Below, piece after piece: positions 34,303 to 44,004 of a stretch of DNA of 50,633 nt. A model generated the notes under the pieces. The model saw only the letters and a program-made list of their open reading frames with translations, was not told the DNA's origin and made no database searches. Numbering within the stretch: position 1 is the first letter of the stretch; each line of letters starts with the position of its first letter. A program made the position numbers and the translations under genes. Source of the stretch: a phage; the sequence record NC_102605.1; one strand, 5' to 3'.

Positions 34303-34575
34303 TTAATACTCGCCGCCGTCCTCAAGCTGTGCTTTGCTTTTGCCTTCGGTTGGGTTTGGCTTGCGTTTTTCGTTGAACGCTTCAATGATCTTATCGTTTA
34401 GCTCGCTGTTATCTTTTACGGTTAGCTTGCCTTGTGCAACCAGTGATTTTGTACCCTGCCGCTCTAACACGCTTTCCGCAACGGTAATTTCCTTACCTGG
34501 CATAACGTCAACGCGATCAATAATAATCAGTGCAACGCCAGTGTTAACCAGTGTAATTTCTTTTTCTTTAGCCAT
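34303..34575 (-). CDS. Hypothetical structural protein (90 aa)
   Basis: ORF track; bracketed by two terminator hairpins inside the late operon. Confidence 0.5.
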   Translation of the reverse strand: MAKEKEITLVNTGVALIIIDRVDVMPGKEITVAESVLERQGTKSLVAQGKLTVKDNSELNDKIIEAFNEKRKPNPTEGKSKAQLEDGGEY

Positions 34576-34589
34576 TTGTTTTTCTCCAG

Positions 34590-34625
34590 ATATAAAAAAA
34601 GGGAACCTTTTAACGGTTCCCTATA
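34590..34625 (-). terminator. Rho-independent terminator immediately after the major capsid gene
   Basis: agggaacc-gttaaaa-ggttccct followed by seven T on the minus strand. Confidence 0.7.
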
Positions 34626-34637
34626 TTAATTGAATTA

Positions 34638-35612
34638 TCAGCCTACTACAAGACCTTTAATCAGAACCAGCGTTAACGGACGGTAAATCGTCAGGCCAGT
34701 ACATTTAGAGGTGCAAGGCACTTTGAAATGCAGGTCTTTAGGTTGCGCGGTCAGCATGTTAAACGCTTCTGGAATCTCAATGCTCATGTTCATTGGATCT
34801 TTTTCGTAAACCAGCGCCGCTTTAGTACCTGCGCCGTCGATATCTTCAAGCTCGGAAATGGATTCGATAGTGATACCGCCATTCTGCTGCTTGAAATAAT
34901 CAAGATAGCTCATGGTTGTTTCCGGCATGCGAACCATCAGAACTTTACGCATTGACGGCGGAATCAGGATCATATTAGCGCGGTGCTGCCCGTTGGTCAG
35001 CGTTTCGATTTTTTCAATCGCTTGCTCTAATTCATCCTGTGCGGTTTCCGGCTTTTTACCAGTACCTGCGGCGTTGTTCCAACCTGCGGAGTTGATAGTT
35101 GTCAGGTTTGGATGATCAAACACGCTGATAATTTTATGCGGTTTAGAGCCTTTGAAAACCAGGTGGTTTACAAGCTGATCATGCGCATTCTGTGCGGCGT
35201 TGGCCTTGCGAGTGGAAAGGCTCTTGCCAGTGCGTTGACCTGCTTTGATTTCGTCAATGGAAATCAGGAACGCATTACCCAGGCGGAACACTTTACCAAA
35301 TTCAGAAGTCATCAGCGCGTCAACAGTTGGCAGATCATCAGTATAATCAGCGATGATTTTTGCGTGCCCTACTTTGTCGAAAGTCTGATATTCAAAGGTT
35401 TTATCTGTATCGGAAAGCTCGGACGTTACAGGGAATACACGCAGTGCAGAACCTGCCGGATATTCTTTTTCATAGGCTTGAGCCTTAATTTTATGAAGCT
35501 CTTGAGCCGTCCAAATACCCATATCAGATGCGTCGTTTTTAGCGCCGCGTAACTGCATATGGTTGGCGATCACGTTTGCTTCAAATTCATCATATTTAAT
35601 TTCTTTAGACAT
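34638..35612 (-). CDS. Major capsid protein
   Basis: About 324 aa after an RBS-supported ATG (track 34638..35627); position after scaffold/decoration genes. Confidence 0.7.
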   Translation of the reverse strand: MSKEIKYDEFEANVIANHMQLRGAKNDASDMGIWTAQELHKIKAQAYEKEYPAGSALRVFPVTSELSDTDKTFEYQTFDKVGHAKIIADYTDDLPTVDALMTSEFGKVFRLGNAFLISIDEIKAGQRTGKSLSTRKANAAQNAHDQLVNHLVFKGSKPHKIISVFDHPNLTTINSAGWNNAAGTGKKPETAQDELEQAIEKIETLTNGQHRANMILIPPSMRKVLMVRMPETTMSYLDYFKQQNGGITIESISELEDIDGAGTKAALVYEKDPMNMSIEIPEAFNMLTAQPKDLHFKVPCTSKCTGLTIYRPLTLVLIKGLVVG

Positions 35613-35655
35613 AATATTTCCCCTCATAGAAAAGCCGTCATAATAACGGCTTTAA

Positions 35656-35675
35656 TATAGCATTTTTTGTTAAAC
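35656..35675 (+). promoter_or_regulatory. Orphan dyad motif in plus orientation inside the minus-strand late operon
   Basis: atagcattttttgttaaa with no plus-strand gene downstream; a hairpin with tattatg loop lies between it and the capsid RBS. Confidence 0.4.
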
Positions 35676-35701
35676 GTTCAAGTGTTTTTTGTGTTAGCAC
35701 G

Positions 35702-36142
35702 CTACAACTGAACTGATAGTAAAATATATCCGTGTGAATATCTTACGTATTCGCCAGTAAAAAACCAACTGGTAGGAAATCCACTTGTTGATATAGAGCC
35801 ATTGTCTTTAACAAAAACAGGATCTTTATACGATGGAATATCCTGTTCATCCTGAGTGATTACCCAAATTCGACCATGAGTTATTACGTTAACCGGATCT
35901 CCGGCGTCGTAATATTCTTTGCAAAAATCCATATAATCACGCGTAACGATTCCGTAATGCTTTGAGTTTTCATTAAAATTGTGGCTGATTATTTTGTAAC
36001 CGCAAGATATGTGATCAACACATACGGCCTTACCTATCACGGCTGAAACATCCATAACTGGCGAGCCATCTATATTATAAAGGCTTGAATCTACCAAGCA
36101 CCCATTTTCAACTATACCTATTATAGAACCGTAATCAGACAT
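35702..36142 (-). CDS. Capsid-associated protein, paralogue of 36186..36665 (decoration-like)
   Basis: Shares YNIDG...GR.WV...TSG...TG pattern with the upstream gene; ATG after GGTGG. Confidence 0.5.
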   Translation of the reverse strand: MSDYGSIIGIVENGCLVDSSLYNIDGSPVMDVSAVIGKAVCVDHISCGYKIISHNFNENSKHYGIVTRDYMDFCKEYYDAGDPVNVITHGRIWVITQDEQDIPSYKDPVFVKDNGSISTSGFPTSWFFTGEYVRYSHGYILLSVQL

Positions 36143-36149
36143 AAAACCA

Positions 36150-36182
36150 CCATATATAAAAGGCCGGAATAATCCGGCCTTA
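36150..36182 (-). terminator. Hairpin module between the two decoration-like paralogues
   Basis: aaggccgg-attatt-ccggcctt followed by ttttatatat. Confidence 0.5.
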
Positions 36183-36185
36183 TTA

Positions 36186-36665
36186 TTATACCAGTTGAAC
36201 CTCAACGAGTTTTAGACCTTGTAATTCCGTAAAGTCTCCAGTTGCGATCCAAGTGGTTTCAATTAATCCAGACGTTAAATCAACCTGTCCTGAATTATCA
36301 AGTTTGATAGGTGTTTTGAATGCTGGCGCTTCTGATTCTACAGATAGCATCCAAACGCGCCCTTTAGTCATTACGTTAATTCCGCTACCAGCCTCATAAA
36401 CCATGCGACCATCTTTTGAAGTAGTCTGGAAGTTGGATCGAATAGCAACACCATAAGCATTTCCAGACGCTGCCATAGCCTTAATTAATTTCTCACCGTT
36501 TGCGCTAACTCCTCCATGTTGAACACCAACGCCAACATAAATTGTTGATCCTGCATCACCATCAAGAACACAAGCGCCGTCGATGTTATACGCGGAAGTG
36601 TCAGAAACTTGACCAGGCAAGGCGCGAGCCATTGCAACATGATAACTTGCTGAAATCTGAGCCAT
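36186..36665 (-). CDS. Capsid decoration-like protein (159 aa)
   Basis: AAGGAGA RBS; paralogous to 35702..36142. Confidence 0.5.
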   Translation of the reverse strand: MAQISASYHVAMARALPGQVSDTSAYNIDGACVLDGDAGSTIYVGVGVQHGGVSANGEKLIKAMAASGNAYGVAIRSNFQTTSKDGRMVYEAGSGINVMTKGRVWMLSVESEAPAFKTPIKLDNSGQVDLTSGLIETTWIATGDFTELQGLKLVEVQLV

Positions 36666-36677
36666 AATATTTTCTCC

Positions 36678-37787
36678 TTACTTAGCTTTATTCAGACGTG
36701 CGGAAGGATCAAGAACTGTTTCCGCTGCATCCTGTTTGTTTTTTGCTGCATCGCCTTTTAATGCGATACGTTGAGCCGCCATTTTATCAGATTCTTTAGC
36801 GATATCAAAAGCGGTATCAATATATGCATCAGCCTTTGCGCTAATGTCATTACCCATGACCTCTTTTACATATGCGATCTTAATTTCTTTGGCGGTTAGG
36901 CCGTCGCATTTTACGCCAACTTCGGAAGCGGTAGCGACCAGCGCGGCATGTTCATCAGCGTCAGCTTTTGCTTTTTTTACGGCTTCTTCAATCTGCGCCG
37001 GAATGCCGTCAACTTTCGCCTGTAGAGCATCGCGCTCTGCTTCCAGGCTATCGGCTTTAGTTTTTGCCGCTGTAGCGTCTGCTTTCACGGTTTCGATAAA
37101 AGTAGCAACTTCTTTTGGTACGTCAAATTCAACAGCACCATCAAGTTTAATTTTAACGGTCATAACTTCGTCCTCTTTATTTAATTTAACGTCGATATCA
37201 TACGGGAATTCTTGCTCGCTATCAAGATTCAATTTTGCAATGCCAGCGCGACCCTTAAACACTAACGCAATATGGTTAACACTAATGCTTGTTTGCAGCG
37301 CATCAAATTTTACCCATCCTTCCGGCGGCTGTTCATCTTCTTTTAGATCTTCTTCAAAGATGTATTCACCAGTTTCATTAGATCCATAACCAGGCTTATC
37401 AATATCAATCGACGTATAACCAACGCTAATTTCAGCCGTTTGCTTTTTCTTTGCGCTTTCGATTGCTCGTTTTGCGTAAATATTTAACGGCGCTTCAACA
37501 CCCACACCATTTGGAATGCCAGCACCGGAACACGATCCAACAACAACCTTTTCGGCGTTTTCAGGCGTTACGGTGACGTGACCTACTGTGATTGGTTTCC
37601 CTGCGTAAGTCGCCAGGCTATCAGCTTTAAACACTTCACTTGCTGGCCTGAATTCTCTACGCTCGCCGTATGGCGTTTGATAAATCTGCAAACCAATTCG
37701 CGCCACAATAGGCCGATCCACTAAAAAACCGTGTTCATCAAAATGCGCCTTTACTCTGACACTATCAAAACGTTGCACCTTCTTCAT
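36678..37787 (-). CDS. Head scaffolding / prohead-processing-like protein (DUF2213-like N-terminus, Ala/Lys-rich coiled-coil C-terminus)
   Basis: Position between the head-morphogenesis and capsid genes; ATGA overlap with the upstream gene. Confidence 0.5.
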   Translation of the reverse strand: MKKVQRFDSVRVKAHFDEHGFLVDRPIVARIGLQIYQTPYGERREFRPASEVFKADSLATYAGKPITVGHVTVTPENAEKVVVGSCSGAGIPNGVGVEAPLNIYAKRAIESAKKKQTAEISVGYTSIDIDKPGYGSNETGEYIFEEDLKEDEQPPEGWVKFDALQTSISVNHIALVFKGRAGIAKLNLDSEQEFPYDIDVKLNKEDEVMTVKIKLDGAVEFDVPKEVATFIETVKADATAAKTKADSLEAERDALQAKVDGIPAQIEEAVKKAKADADEHAALVATASEVGVKCDGLTAKEIKIAYVKEVMGNDISAKADAYIDTAFDIAKESDKMAAQRIALKGDAAKNKQDAAETVLDPSARLNKAK

Positions 37788-38455
37788 AAATATACCTCTT
37801 GCTCTGTTTCCCAATCCGGTTGCGCCCAACAGCGACAATTATATTCCTGCCCTGGGAATATGTGCTTTATTGCCAATGAGATCCGCTTCATGTTCAATTT
37901 CGCGTGTTCAGGTCTAACCCGATTATCTTCCTGAGTGCGCCAAATATAATGGGTAACTCCTGCATCAACTACGCGTTGATACATTAACACGGAATACCAC
38001 GAACCAACAAAACCAGACGCCCTATTTTTAGCCCACGCCTTATATTTTCTTAGACGCTTTCGGATCTGTGCTCTTGTTTCTGCTTGCTCGCGTAACTCAT
38101 TTAAACGCTGTTGCACTTCCCAATCATCAAGCACATTATACGCAAATTTCCTTACGGATGCCTCAATAAGTGATCGCCAGGTTATGTATTTTGAATTGAA
38201 CCAACGTTCATTCATATTTCCGTAAACGCCACCAATCAGAAGGATAACGGATCGATTATTTGCTCCGCCTGTTTGCTTTGCCATTCTGATAAATTGGCGA
38301 GTGTGGTATTTGTATGCACTAACGGCGAACCCGTAAACCAGCAACATAAAGGCGGCAATTGCCGCCTCTACATCAGCATTGTTTTCAGTGATATCAACCG
38401 CCAGATCATTAAGCGCCTTTTCAACGTCGCTCTCTGTCATATCGGGAAACATCAT
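37784..38455 (-). CDS. Head morphogenesis protein (Mu F / SPP1 gp7 family)
   Basis: Conserved VRPEH...CRCW C-terminal signature; follows portal with ATGA overlap. Confidence 0.7.
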   Translation of the reverse strand: MMFPDMTESDVEKALNDLAVDITENNADVEAAIAAFMLLVYGFAVSAYKYHTRQFIRMAKQTGGANNRSVILLIGGVYGNMNERWFNSKYITWRSLIEASVRKFAYNVLDDWEVQQRLNELREQAETRAQIRKRLRKYKAWAKNRASGFVGSWYSVLMYQRVVDAGVTHYIWRTQEDNRVRPEHAKLNMKRISLAIKHIFPGQEYNCRCWAQPDWETEQEVYL

Positions 38456-39747
38456 TTATTTAATCCTCCCTCTTGCCCTGGCTCTGGTTCTAAATCTTCC
38501 GGCTCTGGCAATTCAATGTTGTCATTGTCCCTGATTTTAAGATCTGGACAAATGGATCGCAAAGTGTCTCTTGTTTCTTTGAGATCAATCGCCTGTTCAG
38601 CTTTCAATTTTACAACAGATTCAACGTTCTTAGCCATAATTTCAGCTTTGTCCTTATCGCTCGGAACGCTTAACGGTTCGAATTCAATAGACCATTCCGT
38701 TTCTGCGATCATGAACGGCAAAAGGAATTCAAGAATCGGCTTGTAATCCTCTCCGCGCTTGCGATCAATCAACTTATAGAAAGTCTCTAGCGCCGTGTTT
38801 TGACTCGCTGAAACGCCGCCAGTGTTCTTATTTTTGAGGATGATTTCATGAATTCCAGTAAGAGCAACAATTCGATCAATCTTTTCCTGTAAGAACTCTG
38901 GAACGCCGGAAACGTCAGAATTGAGAACCTCATATTCTTCATCGGTGGCATCAATACCAATTGCCTTACCAACTCCGCTTTCGTCATCAACCTGAGCCAA
39001 ACGCAAACGCGCCGCATAGCGCCCTTCTTCATCGTCGCACATCAAAGCCAGATCACGCGCTTTCCATACTGCTTGTTGTTTTCGGCGTAGCAATTGCGTT
39101 GCTAATTCCTGGCAATAGTTATAATCAACAATAGCCTCAATCAAGCGCTTATTTAAAATGCTTGCACCCCAACCATCATTTTGACGGCGTTTTTCATTCG
39201 ATACGCGCTCACCATCAATGATGCAAATACGCGAGTAATGAACAAAGAATTCCGGTATATCTCCGCCAGGTGAGATCTTATAAAGTTTTGGCTCACCGTA
39301 ACGAACACTCCGCGCATTAGTTTCACGTTCCTGAATGGTGATCTGATAGCGATCATATACGCGAATATCTTCAAGTTGTGCCCCAGGCTTTACAGGTGAT
39401 TTCAGCATTCTGTTATCAGCAACAACAGCAAGAATTGCAGAACCGCCAAATAAACGCGACCATGAAAGCGCATCAATAATTTTAGCGTTTAATCGCAATT
39501 CATCCCAACGCGATTTAAAAGACTTTTCATTTTTCACGCCGTCAACTTTAAAACCAGGCGTTACCATTTCTTCTGGAATAACATCGACAATGCGCCTCGC
39601 CATTCCATCTTCTTCATAAAATTGCGATAACGTTTTAAATGCAGCACTTTGCATGTAAAAAGCATTTGGCCTAAACGTTCCATCTTTAGATCCGAAAATT
39701 TCGTTGTAACCATCTTCTTTAGTAATGGCCTTTACCTTGTCGCTCAT
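38452..39747 (-). CDS. Portal protein
   Basis: About 431 aa directly downstream of the large terminase; ATG after GGGGGT. Confidence 0.7.
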   Translation of the reverse strand: MSDKVKAITKEDGYNEIFGSKDGTFRPNAFYMQSAAFKTLSQFYEEDGMARRIVDVIPEEMVTPGFKVDGVKNEKSFKSRWDELRLNAKIIDALSWSRLFGGSAILAVVADNRMLKSPVKPGAQLEDIRVYDRYQITIQERETNARSVRYGEPKLYKISPGGDIPEFFVHYSRICIIDGERVSNEKRRQNDGWGASILNKRLIEAIVDYNYCQELATQLLRRKQQAVWKARDLALMCDDEEGRYAARLRLAQVDDESGVGKAIGIDATDEEYEVLNSDVSGVPEFLQEKIDRIVALTGIHEIILKNKNTGGVSASQNTALETFYKLIDRKRGEDYKPILEFLLPFMIAETEWSIEFEPLSVPSDKDKAEIMAKNVESVVKLKAEQAIDLKETRDTLRSICPDLKIRDNDNIELPEPEDLEPEPGQEGGLNK

Positions 39748-39757
39748 AAATACCCCC

Positions 39758-39790
39758 ATAATAAAAAAGGCCGGAATATTCCAGCCTTTG
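39758..39790 (-). terminator. Intrinsic terminator module between terminase and portal (hairpin, T-tract, TATTATGGGGGTATTT-ATG)
   Basis: aaggctgg-aatatt-ccggcctt plus T-tract; paralogous to the modules at 34263 and 36150. Confidence 0.55.
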
Positions 39791-39800
39791 ATTTTACACA

Positions 39801-41381
39801 TTAACGCTTCGCTAATCCAGCTAAACGCTTCATTCTATCAACAGCATTATCAGCAAGGTTAAGCTCAATATTAACCGCATCAAAAAGGTTATCCATAATA
39901 TCATCATGAGGATGGCTATCATCATAAGTGAATGCAGCCGCCTCTGCCAGAAATTCAGCAAGCATGTGATGCGATTCAGGCAATACAACATAACCATTCT
40001 TGATCACTGGTTGTGCGTCCATGCATCGCGTTACTTTGTCTTTATCGCGTTGCACTGGCGTAATTTCTATCGGAAATGCTTTGCGGCAATTCTGGATCAA
40101 ACCTGTGCCGCTCGCTTTATCTTCCACGTAAATTTTACGCAAGTTTCCGCATTCTTTGTTACGTTTCCAGCACTGTTTAACAAACGCTTTAAACTGCGTT
40201 TCTAACATTGGCGCTTCCCATTTGCCGCGCACACCGTCAATAAAATAGATGCGGCCTTTGAACATGCCCCAATAACATAAAACGCTGTAGTCGTTTAGCT
40301 CACCTTCTTTCTGAGCGGTATCAGCCGTAATAAACGTATAATCAAAGCGATCCGGTTTTGGCATCGTTGATTTTTCTCCTGTTCCGTAATACTGGAACCA
40401 TCCAACGTTAATTGCGTTGCCGCCAAGAGCAATTGGCTCTTGCTGGTACTGAGAAAGGAACGTGTATAAATCCGCATCGCGTAGCGCTTTCAGGTCATGA
40501 ATGCTTTCCTTGCTAGGCCAAAAAGAATAATACTTAACGCCATCAATAACGATGTATTCAGACGAAAGAACATCCTTTTCAAAGTGCGGTTGCAACCAAT
40601 CAGGAAGCGATTTCCCGTATTCCTCCGTAACCATCGCCGGAATTGATATCTGATCAAATTCAATACCCATTCCGCCATTCATCAGAAACCAGGTCATATC
40701 CTGCGCGTGTAGACGCTGCTGAATAACGATAATCGGCGTTTCTGAATGTGCGCGACGTGATCGAATGGTGTTCTTTGCGATCATTTGACCGCGCTCACGC
40801 TTCACCTTCGAAAACATATCATCTGGCTTTTCTGGATCGTCAAGCGTTACGCAACCGGAATAAACACCAGGCGTGATGTAACCGCCACGGCTACCAGTAA
40901 TCTGACCGCCCATTGATTTACTAATCATTTCCAGGCGAACTTTGCCAGCGTCATTAAGGATCTGAAATTCATCATCCTTGCTTGTACCAGTTTTTGCGGG
41001 GTAAAGCTCTTGCCATTCTCGCGAGTTAACCAGATCGCGCACACGCTTGCTGTTACGTTTAACCAGCGTATCAGCAAACGAAATATTAAGATTTCGCACC
41101 TTGTTCAATTTCAAATATGAATAAGGCGGAAAGTGGATCGAAAGCAATTCTGTTTTACCTGAACCTGGCGTTACGTTAAAAATGGTATCTTTGCGCACAC
41201 CTTCAATAATTTCATCAATTGCCCTTGCAATATAAAGGTGATGCCAGTTAGGAATCCATTTTTCGCCCTGCTGGATCGGAAACCAGATTTTAACGAAAGT
41301 ATCAAAATCGTGTGTACTTAATTCCTTAATAGCCAGCTTTTCAAGTTTTGTTAAATCTTCCCAAATCAACATAGCATTCAC
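39801..41381 (-). CDS. terL: Terminase large subunit
   Basis: Walker A TPGSGKT, ATPase plus RNaseH-like nuclease architecture, 526 aa. Confidence 0.85.
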   Translation of the reverse strand: MNAMLIWEDLTKLEKLAIKELSTHDFDTFVKIWFPIQQGEKWIPNWHHLYIARAIDEIIEGVRKDTIFNVTPGSGKTELLSIHFPPYSYLKLNKVRNLNISFADTLVKRNSKRVRDLVNSREWQELYPAKTGTSKDDEFQILNDAGKVRLEMISKSMGGQITGSRGGYITPGVYSGCVTLDDPEKPDDMFSKVKRERGQMIAKNTIRSRRAHSETPIIVIQQRLHAQDMTWFLMNGGMGIEFDQISIPAMVTEEYGKSLPDWLQPHFEKDVLSSEYIVIDGVKYYSFWPSKESIHDLKALRDADLYTFLSQYQQEPIALGGNAINVGWFQYYGTGEKSTMPKPDRFDYTFITADTAQKEGELNDYSVLCYWGMFKGRIYFIDGVRGKWEAPMLETQFKAFVKQCWKRNKECGNLRKIYVEDKASGTGLIQNCRKAFPIEITPVQRDKDKVTRCMDAQPVIKNGYVVLPESHHMLAEFLAEAAAFTYDDSHPHDDIMDNLFDAVNIELNLADNAVDRMKRLAGLAKR

Positions 41382-41383
41382 CT

Positions 41384-41908
41384 TTAAATCTTGCTTAGGA
41401 CGCTTGCGACTGCGTTTTTCATCGCTTCTTCTGTATTGTCTTGCTCTTTGGCGTTAGCGCTAATATTGAACGTGTCGCCTTTATCAATACCAAGCTCTTT
41501 TGCGATCATGGTGCTGTTAATCATTCCGTTTGCCGCTAACTGGTATTTTTGTTCTTTGATCACCGATTCTGCAAACTCAATAACAACATCATAGCCTGGT
41601 TTAAGTTTCCACTTTGCTAGTGCTGTGCCGGAAAAACCGCAAAACAGCTTTAACCCTTCCCATGTAAAAATACGCGGCTTGTGAATTGTGTCCTGATACA
41701 CTCGCCCCTGAAATGATGCCGTTTCACCTGCTTTAATAGCGTTTAGCTCCGCCCATTCAAAATACTGAACAATCAGATTCATGACCTGTTCCGGCGTTAG
41801 CGTTGCGCGTTTATCAATCTCACTACCTACCAGATCGGAATATCGCTTATTCCATAACTTTTTAAAGTTTAGACTTTCCGCCGCTGGCGCTTCTGTTTTT
41901 TTAGCCAT
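41384..41908 (-). CDS. terS: Terminase small subunit (putative)
   Basis: About 174 aa immediately upstream of terL; AGGAGG RBS. Confidence 0.55.
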   Translation of the reverse strand: MAKKTEAPAAESLNFKKLWNKRYSDLVGSEIDKRATLTPEQVMNLIVQYFEWAELNAIKAGETASFQGRVYQDTIHKPRIFTWEGLKLFCGFSGTALAKWKLKPGYDVVIEFAESVIKEQKYQLAANGMINSTMIAKELGIDKGDTFNISANAKEQDNTEEAMKNAVASVLSKI

Positions 41909-41995
41909 AATAAAATCCTCCTGTTGATGCGTGATTATAGCTAAATTGTATGCACAAAAAAACCCGCGCAAGGCGGGTTATGTTTCGGCTTTGGA

Positions 41996-42226
41996 TTAGT
42001 CAATATACTTGATGCTTCCAGGCTTGCCAAACTTGCGGCGGTTTTCAATAATGCTTGCGATTTTCTCAAAGTTTCGTGAAACCTTCCAAACGTCATCTTT
42101 GTTTTTATAAATTGCAACAGCTAACTCATTATCTTTTGTGCATTCGCGAACACCCCACGAAATACAAAGATAAATCATAAACACCAGAAAAGCACAAAAA
42201 CCAAAACCTGCAATAAACATCAGCAT
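41996..42226 (-). CDS. Small membrane protein (76 aa)
   Basis: ORF track; N-terminal TMD. Confidence 0.5.
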   Translation of the reverse strand: MLMFIAGFGFCAFLVFMIYLCISWGVRECTKDNELAVAIYKNKDDVWKVSRNFEKIASIIENRRKFGKPGSIKYID

Positions 42227-42405
42227 GATATTTCCCTCACGTAATTAATTGAAAATTGGTGTGTATCAGGGTTAGCGCCCGAAAGCTCTTTAGCTCTTGC
42301 TGCCGCCTCAAGAGCTCCTCTTGCGTCAACCTCGCATTCAAAATCTTGCTTGCATGATCCGCAATTGCGACCCATGCGCCTGATAGTAAGTTTAACTTTC
42401 CACTT
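42220..42405 (-). CDS. Cys-containing small basic protein
   Basis: Track 42220..42447 (alternative start codon); internal ATG; CGSCKQDFEC cluster. Confidence 0.4.
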   Translation of the reverse strand, partial: KWKVKLTIRRMGRNCGSCKQDFECEVDARGALEAAARAKELSGANPDTHQFSINYVREISC

Positions 42406-42601
42406 CATCAGGCTTGTCCTCTTGTAACTTAACCATAAAATCACCAATGCGACCTAACACCGCCTCGCCTTTCTTGAATCGCTTTTTATATCGCGTTTTC
42501 TTTCCTTCGCGCTCAACGATGATTGTTACCTTTGCGATTTCTTTGTTTTGCATTGTGAATTCTCCTGAACGGTTGCGGGTTACGGCTCCCGCGATTGTCA
42601 T
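42392..42601 (-). CDS. Hypothetical basic protein (69 aa)
   Basis: ORF track. Confidence 0.45.
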   Translation of the reverse strand: MTIAGAVTRNRSGEFTMQNKEIAKVTIIVEREGKKTRYKKRFKKGEAVLGRIGDFMVKLQEDKPDEVES

Positions 42602-42684
42602 TCGCCTTGCGATCCAATCCGATTAAGTTTTACGGCTAACGCGCCGCGCTTTGCTCTATTGAGCCTCTTATGTTCACGGCGTTT

Positions 42685-42713
42685 AATCTACCAATCAGAC
42701 AACACTCCGTCAA
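42685..42713 (-). promoter_or_regulatory. Possible sigma70-type promoter TTGACG-17-TAGATT
   Basis: Hexamers read on the minus strand upstream of the 42601 gene; no dyad motif here. Confidence 0.35.
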
Positions 42714-42735
42714 CCTTCATTGATTCAAGTGCTTA

Positions 42736-43002
42736 TTATTCATACTCGCCAGGCTTACCCCATCGACCAGCAATATAGCCAGCAAGCCATACAAACTTTG
42801 TTCGAGTGATTAGGGTAGAAATTGGCGCGTGATGTTTGGTGATAATTCCAGCCGCAATATGATCGTATTTGTTGCCACTTGTCACTTCAACTTTCAGATC
42901 CTTCATGCACTCTTTTGCAGCACGTTTAACAATGTTATATTCAGCCTCATTAAGTCCAAACATTTTACAGTCCTCTTGATTTCCAAAGTTGAAACATTTC
43001 AA
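42736..43002 (-). CDS. Hypothetical protein (88 aa)
   Basis: ORF track. Confidence 0.45.
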   Translation of the reverse strand: MKCFNFGNQEDCKMFGLNEAEYNIVKRAAKECMKDLKVEVTSGNKYDHIAAGIITKHHAPISTLITRTKFVWLAGYIAGRWGKPGEYE

Positions 43003-43156
43003 AGTAGTGCAACGCCGTGTCAGTGTCGCCGCGCTCTAACGCTTCCTCTTGCTTCTGTGCGCACCACTGCGACGGTTTTATGTATTCAGGCATAGAATCA
43101 CCTTTCCAAAAAATGCGCCTCTTAGAATGCGATTGAGGCGCTTTAAAAGCTATCAA
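42965..43156 (-). CDS. Hypothetical protein (63 aa)
   Basis: ORF track. Confidence 0.45.
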   Translation of the reverse strand: MIAFKAPQSHSKRRIFWKGDSMPEYIKPSQWCAQKQEEALERGDTDTALHYFEMFQLWKSRGL

Positions 43157-43491
43157 TTTTCGTTAAATTTTCCGTCAAGAATATCACGGATATTGCCTAG
43201 CGTTTTGACCTTCCAGCAATCCCATTGCGTTGATCCTGGCTCATAGTTTCGCGGCGACCCTGGCGCGTCAGTTGTGAGATCGTCAATCAAGCATGACACC
43301 TCATCAACAATCAGATCCTTTATATGCTCGCGATCAATCCATTCGCTTTCTAAGTTTTCCACTGACTCAAACGCCTGAACCACTCCACCTAAAACGCGTT
43401 GCTGTGCTTGCGCTTCTTCTAACGTGTCGTGAATGTTTCTGATCTGCTTGCTGCCAAACTTGCCAACGCCGTAAGAGTGAATGTAAATCAT
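43153..43491 (-). CDS. Hypothetical protein (112 aa)
   Basis: ORF track; overlap with neighbours. Confidence 0.5.
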   Translation of the reverse strand: MIYIHSYGVGKFGSKQIRNIHDTLEEAQAQQRVLGGVVQAFESVENLESEWIDREHIKDLIVDEVSCLIDDLTTDAPGSPRNYEPGSTQWDCWKVKTLGNIRDILDGKFNEN

Positions 43492-43739
43492 GCTAACACC
43501 TCGTTTTTACGCTTCCACTTCTCAACATCCATTTCATTAAGGCCGTTTTCATGCCTCCACACAGCCAACTCCGCCGCGCTTGTTGAGGCTGGCATCAGTT
43601 TATGCTCAAGCTGTGCAAAAAGCTCTCTTGCTACTTCCTCTTTGATGTTTACAACCGCCTCGATACCGCTACCCATTCGCCAGCCAAGTCCGCGCAACAA
43701 TGATTTCGCTTGTTCTTCTGATAGGTTAATTGTGATCAT
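43488..43739 (-). CDS. Hypothetical protein (83 aa)
   Basis: ORF track. Confidence 0.5.
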   Translation of the reverse strand: MITINLSEEQAKSLLRGLGWRMGSGIEAVVNIKEEVARELFAQLEHKLMPASTSAAELAVWRHENGLNEMDVEKWKRKNEVLA

Positions 43740-43945
43740 TCTTCTTCCTCCACTGCATAAAACTTGATTCGGCTATTATCAACAAGAAACATAACGTCGT
43801 TATCCCATTTATCGGCTTCTACTTCGTAATATTCCTGGTTATCGTCATCAGCCAGAATTACGCGATCTTCATCAATGATTAGCTCATAAGTGCCGCAGTA
43901 AATCGGGTTTTCGCTTTCAAACATCTTGCCAGTGTATACAGCCAT
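43736..43945 (-). CDS. Hypothetical acidic protein (69 aa)
   Basis: ORF track; GGAGA RBS; cassette upstream. Confidence 0.5.
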   Translation of the reverse strand: MAVYTGKMFESENPIYCGTYELIIDEDRVILADDDNQEYYEVEADKWDNDVMFLVDNSRIKFYAVEEEE

Positions 43946-44004
43946 TTTCTAAATCTCCGTGTTTCGCTTCAATGAGGACACTTTAACAAATGCCCTCGCG
44001 GAAG

